Origin: Klebsormidium nitens
Taxonomy: Eukaryota > Plantae > Klebsormidiophyceae
Assembly: GCA_000708835.1 (NCBI GenBank)
Contig: DF237198.1
Location: forward strand, 57,852 to 121,851
Direction of reading: 5' to 3'
DNA length: 64,000 bases
Positions 61,516 to 64,000 of the stretch are shown here, piece after piece. The notes below the pieces were generated by a model. The model was not told the origin of the DNA. It made no database searches and worked only from the letters and a program-made list of their open reading frames with translations. The position numbers were made by a program, and so were the translations under genes. Numbering within the stretch: position 1 is the first letter of the stretch; each line of letters opens with the position of its first letter.

Positions 61516-63695
61516 TCAACTTATCTGAATAACGTCCTCAATAGCTTGTCTACAGATCGGGCACAGGGGTTTGGCAGAGCTCTTAACCATGTCTATGCAT
61601 TGCATGCAAGCTGACAAATGTCCACAGGGTAACAAAAGAGCATTCTTCTCCCGCTCCATGCATATAACGCACCCTTGCTCATCCTGACCCGTTATGTTCC
61701 AATTGACTGGGGCTTGGACGTCTTCTTGAACATCCCAAGTTGCTTCTGGCCAAGCAGACGCTACTGTATCCCAAGAGCTGTCCCCCAGACTCTCAGTGGC
61801 TGACGAACCCACCAGACTTTTCTCTGCCTCATTCGGGTTTGGCAGTAATCGGGGGAATTGAGCTTGGGAAGCGCGGCTCGGGGAACCGATCAAGGGCGGG
61901 GTATAAGGCCGCCCATTGTCTTTGCTGAGTTGCAAACCATTCTCAACCATGGAGGTTGATGTAGTGGCCGGAATCTTGATGGAACTCCCGTTGGCCACGA
62001 TTCTGCCGTCCAATGGTGACTGACCTTCCTTTTGCAGATGAGCAAGCACTTGCCTCTGGCCCTCCCTTGCAGCCGCTTCTCTTGAATCTGCTTGTGATTG
62101 CACAGAACTGGCACAACCAAAAGAAGAACGTTAAAACTCATCCAGATGCACGGGGGCGCAGCGAGCGGTCAGCATGAAAGCGGTGATGATATCATGATCC
62201 AGCAGAATTGCTTCACATAATGCAGACACAGTGACCATAGACTTGAACAATGACAGTGCCCGTAAGTAATGCAGATCCATACATCAACAAAAGACCTGGG
62301 CAAGTTGGGTCAACGCCTGCCACTGGAACAAACTCACTATGGGCATTTGCCTAGCGTATCATGTACCCACCTTTGCTGAGCCTCCTGCAAGGCCAACCTC
62401 TCTTGCAGGGCGAGCTGCTCTAGCTCCCGTGCTCTCTTCTGGAGCGCCAGCTCATAGGCTCTCGCTTCAGCCATCTGCTTTTCTTTCCGCTTCTGCTCCC
62501 GCATCTCTTGCTTCAACCTTTCCTCTGCCTTCTTCCGCGCCTTCTCCTCGGCAGCTCGCCGCTTGTCGGCCGCCCTCTGCTCCTCTCTCCGCCTCAACTC
62601 CTCAGCTTCCCTAGCCTCCCTAGCCTCCTGCGCCAGCAGATCCTTCTTCCTCCTCTCCGCCTCTTCTGCTGCCACAACTCGCTTTCTGCGTGCCTCCTCT
62701 TCTTGAGCTTCCTTCGACTTCTTCTCGTCCTCAATCTGCCTTAACCTAGCTGCCTCTAACTCCTGTTTCTTCCTTTGCTTCTGCTTCTTCTTCCTCTCTC
62801 TCTCTGCTCTGGCTGCTTTCACAGCCTCGCTCTCCGCTGCCCTCGCCGCAAGAGCAGCCTCCACTCTATCAAGAACTTTCTGAATGTCCGCATCACCCCC
62901 GGTTAGTTGGATCGCGTGCTTGAGATCTGCTTGAGCAGCTTCAAAGTTTTGCAAACCCTCATATGCCATGCCTCTCCTGCAAGCATGTCGAAAACATGGA
63001 GATCACTCCAAGTATGCCCAGTCCCTAGACCCCAAGAATCGTAGCCCAATGTCAACCTAACGAGCACTGACGAAACGTGTTAACGGAGTCACAAACAACG
63101 TTCGCGACCCTGTCAGGAACCTTCTGCTAGTGCAATGCCATCTGACAAATGTGCACGCATGCAAACATGTAGGTCAGAAACCATTATTCTGACATTGGCA
63201 AGAGAGTCAACCTTCTTGCAACCTTCCACTTGCGCTTTCCTGGCAAAAACCCAAATATGACTTCAAGACAGACCTTAACACTGACTGCCTGTGACATAGA
63301 TATGAGAGTGTCAAGGCATACCTGTAGAAGGCCTTGGCGTTCGCATCTGGTCGAAGCTTGATGGCGTAATAACAAAATTCAAGAGCTCTCTCAAAGTTCC
63401 CAAGCTTCGTGTGAGAGGCAGCCAGGTTGAGGCGCAGTGCTTCAAGAAGTTTCATGGCATCATTGTAGTACTTTTTGCTTTCCGACCAAGGAATCTTTGA
63501 GACATCCAGGTAAGCCTCCCTGAAAACCTTTATTGCCTGTTCGAACTCTTCTCCTTTGAACAGGTTATTTCCCATTTCTTTTCTTCCAATATTTGCCAGG
63601 AGAAGCTTTGCATTTCGTACTTCCTCCTTGTTTGACAGCAAGGGGGGTCCTTCCAGATACTTGGTTGCATCGTTAACTAGCTTGTCCAGATCCAT
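61516..63695 (-). CDS. TPR (co-chaperone type) - coiled coil - RING (C3HC4) putative E3 ubiquitin ligase, ~523 aa or longer
   Basis: Exons 63695-63322, 62976-62371, 62107-61516 (1,572 nt, in frame; an acceptor at ~63724 suggests an upstream exon). TPRs RKEMGNNLFK / LRLNLAASHTKL / KAFYRRGMAY, an E/K/R/A-rich coiled coil, and RING CVICMEREKNALLLPCGHLSACMQC...CPICR. Confidence 0.88.
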
Positions 63696-64000
63696 TGCCT
63701 CAAAGGCAAGGGGCGCAAAATCCTGGGCAGCGGAAAGCAAGGAAATCGCAAGGCTGAGCTACTTATGGTTGTGCAAGGGTCGTGCTGCCCAAAATACCTG
63801 CCTGCGATAAAATGTGCACAAACAAAGCATCCAAAATGTCCTCCAGAACGCGTCAAACTCGTGAGAGCATCAACTTCAAGACGTTGTCCAAGAACAAACT
63901 CCGCCAACCGCCCAAGTCCTTGCACCTGGAGCAAGCCTACCTATGCAGCGAACTTTCTGGACGAGCGCTTTAACTTTTTAACTTGTGCGCTTCCGTCTGA

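Overview
Intron-rich eukaryotic nuclear DNA from a green plant. Closest recognisable homologues are land-plant-like, and the style (GC-rich exons, frequent short GT-AG introns) suggests a streptophyte alga such as Klebsormidium; this is inference. I stitched 11 spliced protein-coding genes by hand, and each gives a continuous reading frame with consistent splice phases. In order: membrane SAM-domain protein (+), UBC27/UBE2K (-), plastid PCD-like protein (+), TRS120/TRAPPC9 (-), a ~2,900-aa NYN ribonuclease with three pairs of LOTUS-like domains (+), fused ALKBH8/TRM9 (-), a complete BRCT-Myb-RCT RAP1/TERF2IP homologue (+), a class I methyltransferase-like protein (-), a multi-EF-hand protein (-), RPA1 with a CCHC/Gly-rich tail (+), and a TPR-coiled-coil-RING protein (-). 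The main highlight is the RAP1 homologue: this shelterin subunit is generally regarded as absent from land plants, and its BRCT and Myb domains are hidden in five micro-exons missing from the ORF track. Other highlights are the giant organelle-type NYN-LOTUS protein, repeated degenerate copies of exon/splice-junction sequence inside introns, two GC-AG introns and a small foldback element. I saw no tRNA, rRNA, CRISPR array or transposase.
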